In this document: positions 50,968-60,406 of the stretch, one piece after another
Layout: each line of letters starts with the position of its first letter
Position numbering within the stretch: position 1 is the first letter of the stretch
NCBI GenBank assembly: GCA_022563395.1
Contig: JADFNM010000001.1
Coordinates: 334,342-398,341, forward strand
Reading direction: 5' to 3'
Origin: Patescibacteria group bacterium
Lineage (GTDB): Bacteria; Patescibacteriota; Minisyncoccia; Minisyncoccales; UBA10102
Length of the DNA: 64,000 bases
The notes under the pieces: model-generated
What the model saw: only the letters and a program-made list of their open reading frames with translations
The model's database searches: none
Told to the model about the DNA's origin: nothing
Program-made: the position numbers and the translations under genes

Positions 50968-51071
50968 ACAAACCAAAAATAGAAATGTGTATTCCCCCTA
51001 CGTCAGTACCCCTATTTTATTCTTTCCTTAAGGCGGGCTTTTCTGCAAAGGAAATGTAAAAAAAGCATCTT

Positions 51072-51647
51072 TTACTGAGGGGCTGTTTCTGGACTACCCA
51101 CCATCTCCATATATCCTACGATATTTCTGGATTCGCCACAGGAAATACCATACCATCCCGGCCCATTTGGAAACTGGGTATCAATGCTCTTTTCCTCGCC
51201 TGCTGCCACAAAAACATTTTTATCACCAACTAAAATTAGATGATCTACTGAAGCCGTGCTCTTAAACGTAAATGGCAAACCTTTTAGGGGGCGTACAACA
51301 AGCGGTGTGAGTACACAGCCTTCACCGATTTCCATGGTATTTGTTTCTACGGTCAACCTACCCATCTGGGCATTGAAAGCTGTCTTTTCCTCCTCAGAAG
51401 CATTTTCTGTTGGCAACAAAGACAATTCCCCTATCAGAGGAACACTGTCCCCACGAGTCCGAGTCGGTGATGCTATCTCTGGAGAAACTGAAGAGGATGG
51501 AGCCGGTTGCCCTATCTCCCCTTCTCCTGTTTTCTTTTCTTCTTGCTGCTGGAATTGCTTGAACGAAATACCAACAACATTCCCCAAAATAAGAGCCGCG
51601 CCCAGGATTAAAATAATGATGATAACTTTCTTTGTTTTACTTCTCAT
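51072..51647 (-). CDS. Membrane-anchored cupredoxin-like domain protein (degenerate site)
   Basis: TM 'VIIIILILGAALILGNVV' and a Pro/Ser/Glu linker. C-terminal 'LPFTFKSTASVDHLILVGDKNVFVAAGEEKSIDTQFPNGPGWYGISCGESRNIVGYMEMV' carries His...Cys...Met in cupredoxin-like order. Confidence 0.5.
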   Translation of the reverse strand: MRSKTKKVIIIILILGAALILGNVVGISFKQFQQQEEKKTGEGEIGQPAPSSSVSPEIASPTRTRGDSVPLIGELSLLPTENASEEEKTAFNAQMGRLTVETNTMEIGEGCVLTPLVVRPLKGLPFTFKSTASVDHLILVGDKNVFVAAGEEKSIDTQFPNGPGWYGISCGESRNIVGYMEMVGSPETAPQ

Positions 51648-51790
51648 GGTACTTTTGTTATTGAATTATCCGATTCATACATCGAACAAATAGAGAATAC
51701 TCTCCGTATTGTGCTTCTATCCATCTGTTCGACCGCCAGATTACATGAAAACATCTTCATTCCATTCATGGTGTTCATAATTATACATAA

Positions 51791-52369
51791 TCACATCTCT
51801 TTCTTTCTTTTGGAATAAAATACTGTGCTCCCGATTATCCCCAGTATAGCACCTCCTCCAAATGTAATAACCCATAGAAAGTTACGCAAGTCAATAGTTT
51901 CCTTATTTTTATATACAGGTTCAAAGGGCGGGACCACGGAAAAAGAGAAAGAGGTCTCTGCCAGTGTTTCCTCCGTACCTTCAAAACTCAGTGTCGCATT
52001 ATATGGTCCTTCTTTTGGGAAAGTCGCGACCAACCGCGTACTCCCCGAAACCAATTTTGATTCATCCAGTGATGAAACTAATATTACCGATCCACCACTC
52101 TTTGCAAACCGCACAAACAGGTAATCAAATGGGGTGCTCCCCTGGTTTGTAGCATCAAGGAGACGGAACGTAAAAGAAACTGCCTCACCGCTGTATATCT
52201 CGGGGGTATCATATGCAAATTCAACTGTATAGTCGCCAACAGTTTGAATTTGCTCCGTATCAAAGCCATGCCCCCAAGAAAAAAGTGGGGTAAGGGTCAC
52301 AAAAAATACTCCGAATACGGCTGGAAGAAAAGGTAGGAAGTGTTTGAAAAAAAATACTGTTTTTCTCAT
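51791..52369 (-). CDS. Secreted beta-rich protein with C-terminal TM anchor, function unknown
   Basis: ATG at 52369; the track start at 52387 is GTG. Signal-like 'FLPFLPAVFGVFFVTLTPLFSWG' followed by 'HGFDTEQ...'. C-terminal TM 'LWVITFGGGAILGIIGSTVFY' and a 'KRKKE' tail. Confidence 0.65.
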   Translation of the reverse strand: MRKTVFFFKHFLPFLPAVFGVFFVTLTPLFSWGHGFDTEQIQTVGDYTVEFAYDTPEIYSGEAVSFTFRLLDATNQGSTPFDYLFVRFAKSGGSVILVSSLDESKLVSGSTRLVATFPKEGPYNATLSFEGTEETLAETSFSFSVVPPFEPVYKNKETIDLRNFLWVITFGGGAILGIIGSTVFYSKRKKEM

Positions 52370-52471
52370 GAAATAATATGTAAACACAAAGTAAAGATGC
52401 TGGAGCTACATGATATTCTATCATATTTTCAGATGGCAAACAAACTCATCAAGAAGACCACTTCGTTATAT

Positions 52472-53194
52472 TTAAAGACAAAAAGTTGCAGTATAGAGTG
52501 GGGCAAATTCTTTAGGAACAGAACAGACTATTATCATAATTACTTTCTGCCCATCTGGAGTTATGACAGGAGCGCGTGTATCTATTCCCCCTTTTTTCCC
52601 GTCCTCCGTTGTTCTAAAAACTCCACAGTTAGTTAATTCTGAACTGTTTTGTGGATCACTAAGTTTCTGACACAGTATGGTGTCAATTTGGGGTATAAAT
52701 TGATCTGTAAAGACACCTGCCATCAATGATATGGCCCGTGTTTCGTCCACTACAGTTCCTAAAGCAAATGTCCATCCTCGTATATACGTTGGGGTCTTAG
52801 AGGAAGAATCTTCTACATAGAGCACTGTAAAAAATCTATTGTCTTTATTCCAGCTTCCCACATATTCATTGCCGCCGCCACTATTTAATGGAGCTCGCTG
52901 AAAAACAACTCCTTCTGGTAAAAACTCTTCCCGAAATACGTTCTTGATAAACTGCATTATCGTTTGTCTGGCTTCATCGTCCAATTCCGAACTCATAACC
53001 ATGCTGGAGATTTCAGGTTCTTTGGGTTCTCCGACGCTTCCTGTGCTAAAAAAATATTCTGGGATGAAAAAAATACTGAGCACAATTCCTGCCCCTACCA
53101 ATACAAAGACCTTAATACTCTTTAAAAAGTTGTGACTATACATTAATTGTTTCATATTCTTCATAAAAACTCCGCCATAAGGCAGGAGCAACAT
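52472..53194 (-). CDS. Membrane-anchored hypothetical protein
   Basis: 240-aa ORF. TM 'IKVFVLVGAGIVLSIFFIPEYFF'. No motif recognised. Confidence 0.6.
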   Translation of the reverse strand: MLLLPYGGVFMKNMKQLMYSHNFLKSIKVFVLVGAGIVLSIFFIPEYFFSTGSVGEPKEPEISSMVMSSELDDEARQTIMQFIKNVFREEFLPEGVVFQRAPLNSGGGNEYVGSWNKDNRFFTVLYVEDSSSKTPTYIRGWTFALGTVVDETRAISLMAGVFTDQFIPQIDTILCQKLSDPQNSSELTNCGVFRTTEDGKKGGIDTRAPVITPDGQKVIMIIVCSVPKEFAPLYTATFCL

Positions 53195-53230
53195 ATGGGT
53201 GTACGTACTGCTTTTGTATGTGAAGTAAAG

Positions 53231-55909
53231 CTAAAACGTGTCATTTTTTTCAACAATAATTATTTTCTGGTTCAACTGCACGTTAAAGAGTGTTTGGATT
53301 GCTCCACTCGGCCATTCAACTTTAACTACGTCAGCACGAGAAGATATTCCCAGCCCAAATGTTTGCCACAGGCTGTTCTGAGAAAGAAAAGAGGAGCCGT
53401 TGATTATCTCTCGTATTTGATATTTTTCCCCCGTTGTAATGGTTATTCGTGCTCCGATACCATCTCTATTACTCTTTGTTCCGACGAGCTGAACGGTCAG
53501 CCAGTTATTGCTGTTGCCCTGATTCTGGTAGAGACGGTGTGAGGATTTCTCTTCAAGATGGCTTGAAACTACTATAACATCGATAAATCCATCGTTATTA
53601 TAATCTGCAAACGCTGCTCCCTCTTTTGCATCACTACCGTATATTCCTTCTTGTAAAGACACTTCGGTGAATACTCCCTCTCCGGTATTTTTATAAAGTT
53701 TATCGGTCACATTCATCTGAAAAGCGATCGTCCTCCTGCTGGGCACTCCCCCCGACAGTCCGGCGGGGCGGGCTTCAACAGTTACGCTCCCATTTATGTC
53801 ATAGAGATCAAGATTGCCATCGTTATCATAATCCAAAAACCCAACCGCCCACCCCAAAGATGAACTATCTGCCGTTCCCGTACGTTGTGCCACTTCGGTG
53901 AAGGTATCATCCCCATTGTTCTCCCAGAAATAATTTGGGCCTGTATTGGTAACATATAAATCTAGGTCACCGTCGTTATCATAGTCCCCCACCGTTACGC
54001 CCATCCCTGTGCCCTTCAAACACAATCCGGCTTCTTGTGTTACATCCGTGAATGTGCCATCTCCGTTGTTCCGATACAAAGGGCTGATACTGGCATCGGT
54101 TGCAATAAATAGGTCCGGCCTTCTATCATTATTGTAGTCAAACCATATTGGCTGGAACGCTATTTTCCAGGGACCATTTCTAACCGTAAAATCTAACCCT
54201 TCACCTGGGGTAAACCCCGAACAATCAGCAATGCCCATTACCCCCGATTCTTCTGTTGTATCTGTAAAGGTGCCATCGCCGTTATTGCGATAGAGAATAT
54301 TTGGCTCCGATATGTATGTCTCGAATGCTATTCGCTCACCATAGTTCGCAACATAAATATCTACATATCCATCATTATTATAATCGGCCCATGCTATTCC
54401 GGTTCCACGGTACGTATCTTCTATCCCTGCAGCACTACTCACATCCGTAAAGGTACCATCACAGTTATTGCGGTAGAGGGTGTCCGATCTTTTATCAAAT
54501 CGATTTGATACATATAAGTCAATACACCCATTATTATCGTAGTCTGCGAAAGCTCCTGCCCAAGAAATAGGGGCATGGCCAATAATCGCATTGGGCTTAA
54601 TTCCGGCTTCTTTTGTTACGTCCGTGAATGTGCCATCTTTGTTGTTCCGATACAGTTTATTCCCGTCTCTTCCCCCCAGCATAAGAAGATCGAGATATCC
54701 ATCGTTATTATAATCAGCCCATGCAACTCCGGTTGACTCGCCTCCTTTTTTTATCCCAGAATCTTTTATCACATTAACAAAAGTGGGGGTAGAGTTAGAA
54801 ATTAACGTACCTTCGACTACTAAAATAAAGGTCCCCCCCGCTATTCCGGTTCCTACAACAGCCATAAATAGGATGATGGCAAGTTTTTTGGAGAAATACT
54901 TTCCAATGACAAAAGTTGAAAAAATGCTGTAGGCAGGTAGGGTAATTAAAAGAGCTGCGGCGACACCAAGTGATAATCCGGCCTGGAGCAAAGCCAAGAC
55001 AAGAATAAGATCAACAAGCATAGGTATGGGGAGGGCGGTTCCAATGAGTGCCGCAGCTCCAATCAAAAGAAACTGATTCTGCGTTGGGTCAATGAAATTT
55101 TCAAGAGGAAACAGGGTAATGATGGTAGCCCCCAATACTCCAGCAAGAAGCATGAGGGGAACAACCAGAACTGCCAGTCTTGCTGTTTGATAAACGAATG
55201 ATGTTATTCCTGCCCGCAGTGCAAAAAACAAGCTTTCTTGTTCCCATTGAGTTTTTCCTTTCAGAACGAGGAAGGAGACGTTGCTTTTCTGCGTGAGAAA
55301 TCTTACGACAAAAGGAATAACCAAAAAGATGAGAAAGAGCGTTGCAATAACCTTGGTAACTGCTAACTCAAAAGGGAACACGGTAAAAACAATGCTGAGA
55401 GCAACGATATTCAAGGTAGGAGAAGCAAACATGGCAGAGAGCGTCGTCTCAAGACTCACTCCCCTTTTCTTCATTGCAACTCCAACCGGGGCAACACAGT
55501 TGGCGCAAATGCCCATCGGAGCTCCTATGAATATTCCAATCAAAGAGCCTCCGAGGCCCCTTACTGAAAAATATCTCCGGAGTGCCATCAACGGAGTCAA
55601 TAATGCGAGGAGTGCTCCTCCAAGAATGATACCAAAACTCATGCCTACCCTGTTTGCATATATCCAATCCAATGTGGTTTTGCCAATCACCACAAATGTA
55701 CTTTCTGGCTTTTGAGCATCAATCTCTACAATTTCATCTTTGGTGATGCTCCCCACGTTGCGTTCAAGCAGAGTTCCTTGTTGTGCTCTCTTTGCCTCAT
55801 ACAACAATTCCGGATACCGCGAAAACGCCCAAAAAGAAAGGCCTATGAACATAATAATCAGGATGTGTACCCCTAACCTTTTTTTGGAAATGTGAATCCT
55901 TTCTGGCAT
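53231..55909 (-). CDS. Fusion protein: polytopic permease-like domain + seven FG-GAP/VCBS repeats + ASPIC/UnbV-like C-terminus
   Basis: 892 aa. The N-terminal ~370 aa hold at least 8 hydrophobic helices and 'GAPMGICANCVAPVGVAMKKRG', which resembles the YraQ/ArsP 'predicted permease' pattern. Seven 'xADY(N/D)NDGxxDLxV' repeats follow. C-terminus 'NRDGIGARITITTGEKYQIREIINGSSFLSQNSLWQTFGLG'. Confidence 0.8.
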   Translation of the reverse strand: MPERIHISKKRLGVHILIIMFIGLSFWAFSRYPELLYEAKRAQQGTLLERNVGSITKDEIVEIDAQKPESTFVVIGKTTLDWIYANRVGMSFGIILGGALLALLTPLMALRRYFSVRGLGGSLIGIFIGAPMGICANCVAPVGVAMKKRGVSLETTLSAMFASPTLNIVALSIVFTVFPFELAVTKVIATLFLIFLVIPFVVRFLTQKSNVSFLVLKGKTQWEQESLFFALRAGITSFVYQTARLAVLVVPLMLLAGVLGATIITLFPLENFIDPTQNQFLLIGAAALIGTALPIPMLVDLILVLALLQAGLSLGVAAALLITLPAYSIFSTFVIGKYFSKKLAIILFMAVVGTGIAGGTFILVVEGTLISNSTPTFVNVIKDSGIKKGGESTGVAWADYNNDGYLDLLMLGGRDGNKLYRNNKDGTFTDVTKEAGIKPNAIIGHAPISWAGAFADYDNNGCIDLYVSNRFDKRSDTLYRNNCDGTFTDVSSAAGIEDTYRGTGIAWADYNNDGYVDIYVANYGERIAFETYISEPNILYRNNGDGTFTDTTEESGVMGIADCSGFTPGEGLDFTVRNGPWKIAFQPIWFDYNNDRRPDLFIATDASISPLYRNNGDGTFTDVTQEAGLCLKGTGMGVTVGDYDNDGDLDLYVTNTGPNYFWENNGDDTFTEVAQRTGTADSSSLGWAVGFLDYDNDGNLDLYDINGSVTVEARPAGLSGGVPSRRTIAFQMNVTDKLYKNTGEGVFTEVSLQEGIYGSDAKEGAAFADYNNDGFIDVIVVSSHLEEKSSHRLYQNQGNSNNWLTVQLVGTKSNRDGIGARITITTGEKYQIREIINGSSFLSQNSLWQTFGLGISSRADVVKVEWPSGAIQTLFNVQLNQKIIIVEKNDTF

Positions 55910-55974
55910 AGAATAGAGCTAATCTTCTTATAAGGATACCATATTACTGTAAACACAAATACTTTTTCAAAAAG

Positions 55975-56001
55975 AAAAAACCAGAGAGCCTCGGTTTTTT
56001 T
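55975..56001 (-). terminator. Weak hairpin with flanking A/T runs downstream of the sulfatase-fold array
   Basis: 'aaaaaacc-a-gag-agc-ctc-gg-ttttttt'. Short, imperfect stem. Confidence 0.3.
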
Positions 56002-56038
56002 GTAATGACAGAAATGTAACTGGCTACGCCGTGGACAT

Positions 56039-57481
56039 CTATTCTAGCTGCGATCTTTTCTTAAGATTTGTGAATTCCCATTCTTCAAATTTTTGCTTGA
56101 GCTTTGCGGCAACATCAGGATGCTGACTAATGACATTCTGTGTTTCTTTGGGGTCATCCTTAAGATTATAGAGTTCAAATCTTTCGCCAGCCTTCACAAT
56201 AAGTTTCCACTGTGAAGTACGTATAAACTGAAGTTCATCCAATCCCGACATCGCATCTCCCTCACCGTATGCATACTCACTAACATTAGGACCAGCTCTT
56301 CCTGTTAAGAGGGGGAGAAAACTCTTTCCTTGAAGTTGCTTCTTTACGTTTTTCTCAATTGGAATGCGGAGGATGTCTAAAATTGTAGGAAAGATATCAA
56401 TAAGTTGGATCTGTTCATTGACTTTTTGCTGTCCGAGCAAAGGATGTTTTATTAAGAGGGGGACACGAATGACTTCATCATATACTACCCCTCGATGCCC
56501 AACAAGTCTTGTCTTGTCGCTGAACACTTGTCTTGTCATATTGTCCATTGTGGTCAAGCCATGATCAGAAAAAATTATAACAAGAGAATTTTCATACAAC
56601 CCCATGTCTTGCAATACATCGAGAAATTGCTGAATAAGATAATCCGTATGCAATATTCTTCCATCTTGGTGTGCAATGGTATGATAGATATCTTGCGGTT
56701 CAAAAATAATAGTTTCATTCTCAAGCCGCATAACTGCTTGCCCCCCGATCTTTAAAATATTTCGCATAGCATGAAAATATGGAGGTTGGTTTGGGAGTGT
56801 CCTATAAGCAAACTCAATCAGCTCTTCGTTGTGCAATATCCCATCATAATCAGGGTCAAAAATATGGTCAAAGGAATTAACAACAGGGACTTCAAAAGGA
56901 GGGTGGGCATCATATGCATGGAGAAACAACAAAAACTTTTCAGCTTTGTTTTTTTTGAGCCACTCCACTGCAAGCGGTATTGTGCTCACAAAGCTTCTCC
57001 CGACATCATCTACATAGATATCAAACCCTTGAGCGAATCCAAACTGTCCAGAAAGGTGTCCGTCTCCTACAAAAGCAGCTGTTTTGTATCCTTGTCCTTT
57101 TAGGACTTCGGCCAATGTTACCCTGGAGTCGGCAAGCACCTCGGTCGCTTGCAGCAACCCATGAACACGAGGATATTGTGATGTGAAAAAAGATGCCTGG
57201 CTTGGGAGCGTATAAGATGCCTGTGCAATTGCCTGCTCAAAAAGGATGCTTTCCTCTGCAAACCGATCAAGGTTGGGAGAGGTGTCGCGAGAGTACCCAT
57301 ACATTCCGAGGTGGTCAGCTCGGAGGGTGTCGATGCCGATAATAATCACGTTATAGGGAACGGGGGGCTGGAATAACTTTTTAGAAGAAGGGGTAAGACT
57401 TTTCGGAAAATAAAAAAGTAATCCGGCAGAAAAAGTCAATAATCCTATGATAGCTACTGCGATAATGTACTTTTTGGACAT
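56039..57481 (-). CDS. Membrane-anchored sulfatase-fold (alkaline-phosphatase superfamily) protein, paralog 4
   Basis: TM 'IIAVAIIGLLTFSAGLLFYF'. 'IIGIDTLRADHLGMYGYSRDTSPNLDRFAEESILFEQAI'. The nucleophile region reads 'SYTLPSQASFFTSQYP', i.e. Thr-x-Pro-x-Gln rather than Cys/Ser-x-Pro-x-Arg. Confidence 0.8.
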   Translation of the reverse strand: MSKKYIIAVAIIGLLTFSAGLLFYFPKSLTPSSKKLFQPPVPYNVIIIGIDTLRADHLGMYGYSRDTSPNLDRFAEESILFEQAIAQASYTLPSQASFFTSQYPRVHGLLQATEVLADSRVTLAEVLKGQGYKTAAFVGDGHLSGQFGFAQGFDIYVDDVGRSFVSTIPLAVEWLKKNKAEKFLLFLHAYDAHPPFEVPVVNSFDHIFDPDYDGILHNEELIEFAYRTLPNQPPYFHAMRNILKIGGQAVMRLENETIIFEPQDIYHTIAHQDGRILHTDYLIQQFLDVLQDMGLYENSLVIIFSDHGLTTMDNMTRQVFSDKTRLVGHRGVVYDEVIRVPLLIKHPLLGQQKVNEQIQLIDIFPTILDILRIPIEKNVKKQLQGKSFLPLLTGRAGPNVSEYAYGEGDAMSGLDELQFIRTSQWKLIVKAGERFELYNLKDDPKETQNVISQHPDVAAKLKQKFEEWEFTNLKKRSQLE

Positions 57482-57499
57482 GGGGAGGGTATGATTTTA

Positions 57500-58936
57500 T
57501 TATAAGTCAGGTATGGTATGATTCTTTTCTAGCTGTGATTTTTTTCTAAGATTTGTAGATTCCCATTCTTCAAACTTTTGCTTAAGCTTCTCGGCAACGT
57601 CAGGATATTGATCAATAACATTCTGCGTTTCTTTTGGATCGTCCTGTAAATTGTATAATTCAAAGTATCCTTCTGATACCATAAGCTTCCACTGAACGGT
57701 CCGTATAAACACGGGCTGATGCCCGTCTGCTTGTCCGAAGACATACTCATTAAAATGCTCATCTGCCCTATCTTCTATGAGTGGGACTAAACTTTTCCCC
57801 TGAATTCGCTGCTTAATTTCTTCAGATATTGGAATATGAAGAAAATCTAGGATAGTAGGAAAAATATCAATAAGCTGTACTTGGGTGGATATTCTTTGCC
57901 CTTCAAAGTCAGGGTGTTTGATAAAAAGAGGGACATGAATAACTTCTTCATAGAGTCTACCATGACCAAAAAGTCTGTCATTTTCATCTTTCTCCCTTCT
58001 AAGAGAATCTACCAGCATCTCACCATGATCCGAAAGAACAATGATGATGGAGTTATCATATACACCCATTTCTTTGAGTGTATCAAAGAATTCTTCTAGA
58101 AGAGAATCGGTATAGAGTATTCCTCCATCATAATGAGCAATGACATGATCGATGTCCCGTTGTTCAAGTGGGATGACTTTATCGTTCCAGGAAAGAACGG
58201 GGTTGTGGTTGATATTTTTAATTGAATAGAGGATGGAATTTGGATCTCTTGTTTGATTGGGAGTGTAATCCAGGTAATACTGCTCATGATCACTCAATAT
58301 ACCGTCATAGCCAGGATCAAATATATGATCAAATGGCTCTGGTTTGTGAAGAGGAGGATGAACATCATATCCTTGCACAAATAAGAAAAAGTTTTCTCCT
58401 TTATTAAGTCTAAGCCACTCTACTGCTGGAGGAATAGTTTGGCTCAGGTAACCGAGGGGACCAAAGTCACGATCGTAAAGATCAAATCCTTGAAGAGAAT
58501 AACCTTCTGTTCCAGATATTTGCGCAAATGCAGCTGTTGTATAGCCCGTCTCCTGTAATATCTGCGCAAGGGTAATACTTGATAAACTTAATCTATCTGA
58601 TGTCTCTATTACCCCATGAACAGAGGGGTATTGTGATACAAGTAATGAAATTTGGCTTGCCAATGAATATGGTGCCTGAGTAATTGCCTGCTCAAAAAGG
58701 ATACTTTCCTTTGCAAGCCGATCAAGGTTGGGAGAGGTATTGCGAGAGTACCCATACATTCCGAGGTGATCAGCTCGGAGGGTGTCGATGATGACAAGAA
58801 TCACATTGTAGGGAACGGGGGGTTGGAATAACTTTTTAGAAGAAGGGGTAGAACTTTTCGGAAAATAAAAAAGTACTCCGGCAGAAAAAGTCAATAATCC
58901 TATGATGGCTGCTATGATGATATACTTTCTTAGCAT
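57500..58936 (-). CDS. Membrane-anchored sulfatase-fold protein, paralog 3
   Basis: Same architecture as the other paralogs. The nucleophile region reads 'PYSLASQISLLVSQYP'. Confidence 0.8.
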   Translation of the reverse strand: MLRKYIIIAAIIGLLTFSAGVLFYFPKSSTPSSKKLFQPPVPYNVILVIIDTLRADHLGMYGYSRNTSPNLDRLAKESILFEQAITQAPYSLASQISLLVSQYPSVHGVIETSDRLSLSSITLAQILQETGYTTAAFAQISGTEGYSLQGFDLYDRDFGPLGYLSQTIPPAVEWLRLNKGENFFLFVQGYDVHPPLHKPEPFDHIFDPGYDGILSDHEQYYLDYTPNQTRDPNSILYSIKNINHNPVLSWNDKVIPLEQRDIDHVIAHYDGGILYTDSLLEEFFDTLKEMGVYDNSIIIVLSDHGEMLVDSLRREKDENDRLFGHGRLYEEVIHVPLFIKHPDFEGQRISTQVQLIDIFPTILDFLHIPISEEIKQRIQGKSLVPLIEDRADEHFNEYVFGQADGHQPVFIRTVQWKLMVSEGYFELYNLQDDPKETQNVIDQYPDVAEKLKQKFEEWESTNLRKKSQLEKNHTIPDL

Positions 58937-58987
58937 AAAAAATAGGGGTGTAATTTATGATGAATCAGGCAGGGGCTGCTTCTTTAC

Positions 58988-60406
58988 TCATTGTGTTCTC
59001 TTCTGAATATTTACAAGCATCCATTCCTCAAGTTTTTGTTTAAGTTTCTCGGCAACGTCGGAATATTGATTAATGACGTCTTGAGTTTCTTTGGGATCAT
59101 CATGGAGATTGTATAATACAAAATCTCCACTCGATGAAACAAGCTTCCATTGATTGGTACGTATAAATACGGGTTGATGCCCGTCTGCTCGTCCAAATAC
59201 GTACTCATTAAAATTTTCATCCGCATTGCCCTCTATCAATGGAACCAGACTTTTTCCTTGAATTTGTTCTTCCACTTCTTTAGGTAGCAGAATGCGTATA
59301 AAATCAAATATGGTGGGGAAGATATCAATTAATTGCACCTGGGTGGATATGCTTTGTGGTCTAAAATCGGGGTGTCGTATGAGCAAAGGAACATGCACGT
59401 CTTCTTCATAGAGTCTTCCATGACCAAAAAGTCTTTCGTTGCCCATATCGCGCGCCAGAGAGTCCCCTAAACTCTCCCCATGATCTGAGAATAATATAAT
59501 AATGGAAGTATCATAAAGACCCATTTCTTTTAATGTCTCAAAGAATTGCTTTAGAAGAGAATCGGTATAAAGTATTCCTCCATCATAATGAGCAACAATA
59601 TGATCTATGTCTCTTTGGTCAAGCACAGTAGTCTGATCTTCTGATACCAAGGTGGGCCGGCCTTCAACGTTTTTGATTCGCTGCAAAGTATCATGTGGTG
59701 CTACATCGTAATCAAGATAGTACTGCTCGTGGTCACGTAATATACCATCGTAGTTGGGATCAAATATATGATCAAATGGCTCCGGTTTGTGAAGAGGGGG
59801 ATGGACATCATACCCATGAACAAACAAAAAAAAGTTTTCTCCTTTATTACGTTTAAGCCATTCAGTAGCAGAAGGGATGGTGTTCTGGAAAGAACCGTAT
59901 TTGTTGCTCTCATCAATTTGATGAGTGCCAAATCCCTGTGCAAAACCGTAACTCTCTCCCAGATGATTCCCAGCCACAAATGCGGCGGTCTTGTAGCCTG
60001 ATTGCTGCAACACTTCTGCAAGAGTATATTTTGATACATCTAACGTATCTAAAGTAGAGATTAACCCATGAACAGAAGAATATTGAGATAAAAACAGTGA
60101 AGCATGGCTTGCGAGACTATATGGTGCCTGAGCAATTGCCTGCTCAAAAAGGATGCTTTCCTCTGCAAACCGATCAAGGTTGGGAGAGGTATCGCGAGAG
60201 TACCCATACATTCCGAGGTGATCGGCTCGGAGGGTGTCGATGCTGATAAGAATGACATTGTAGGAAAATGAAGAAGTAAATGGAGATTCGGACGGCGTAG
60301 AGACGCTGAAGCTTAAAAGAAACCACACCCCGCCAGCAACGAGTAGGACACCCATGATGAGTACTGTTGTACGAAAGCGTTTATCCATAAAAACTGCTGA
60401 GTGCAT
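58988..60406 (-). CDS. Membrane-anchored sulfatase-fold protein, paralog 2
   Basis: Same architecture as the other paralogs. The nucleophile region reads 'PYSLASHASLFLSQYS'. TAATG overlap with the upstream gene. Confidence 0.8.
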   Translation of the reverse strand: MHSAVFMDKRFRTTVLIMGVLLVAGGVWFLLSFSVSTPSESPFTSSFSYNVILISIDTLRADHLGMYGYSRDTSPNLDRFAEESILFEQAIAQAPYSLASHASLFLSQYSSVHGLISTLDTLDVSKYTLAEVLQQSGYKTAAFVAGNHLGESYGFAQGFGTHQIDESNKYGSFQNTIPSATEWLKRNKGENFFLFVHGYDVHPPLHKPEPFDHIFDPNYDGILRDHEQYYLDYDVAPHDTLQRIKNVEGRPTLVSEDQTTVLDQRDIDHIVAHYDGGILYTDSLLKQFFETLKEMGLYDTSIIILFSDHGESLGDSLARDMGNERLFGHGRLYEEDVHVPLLIRHPDFRPQSISTQVQLIDIFPTIFDFIRILLPKEVEEQIQGKSLVPLIEGNADENFNEYVFGRADGHQPVFIRTNQWKLVSSSGDFVLYNLHDDPKETQDVINQYSDVAEKLKQKLEEWMLVNIQKRTQ

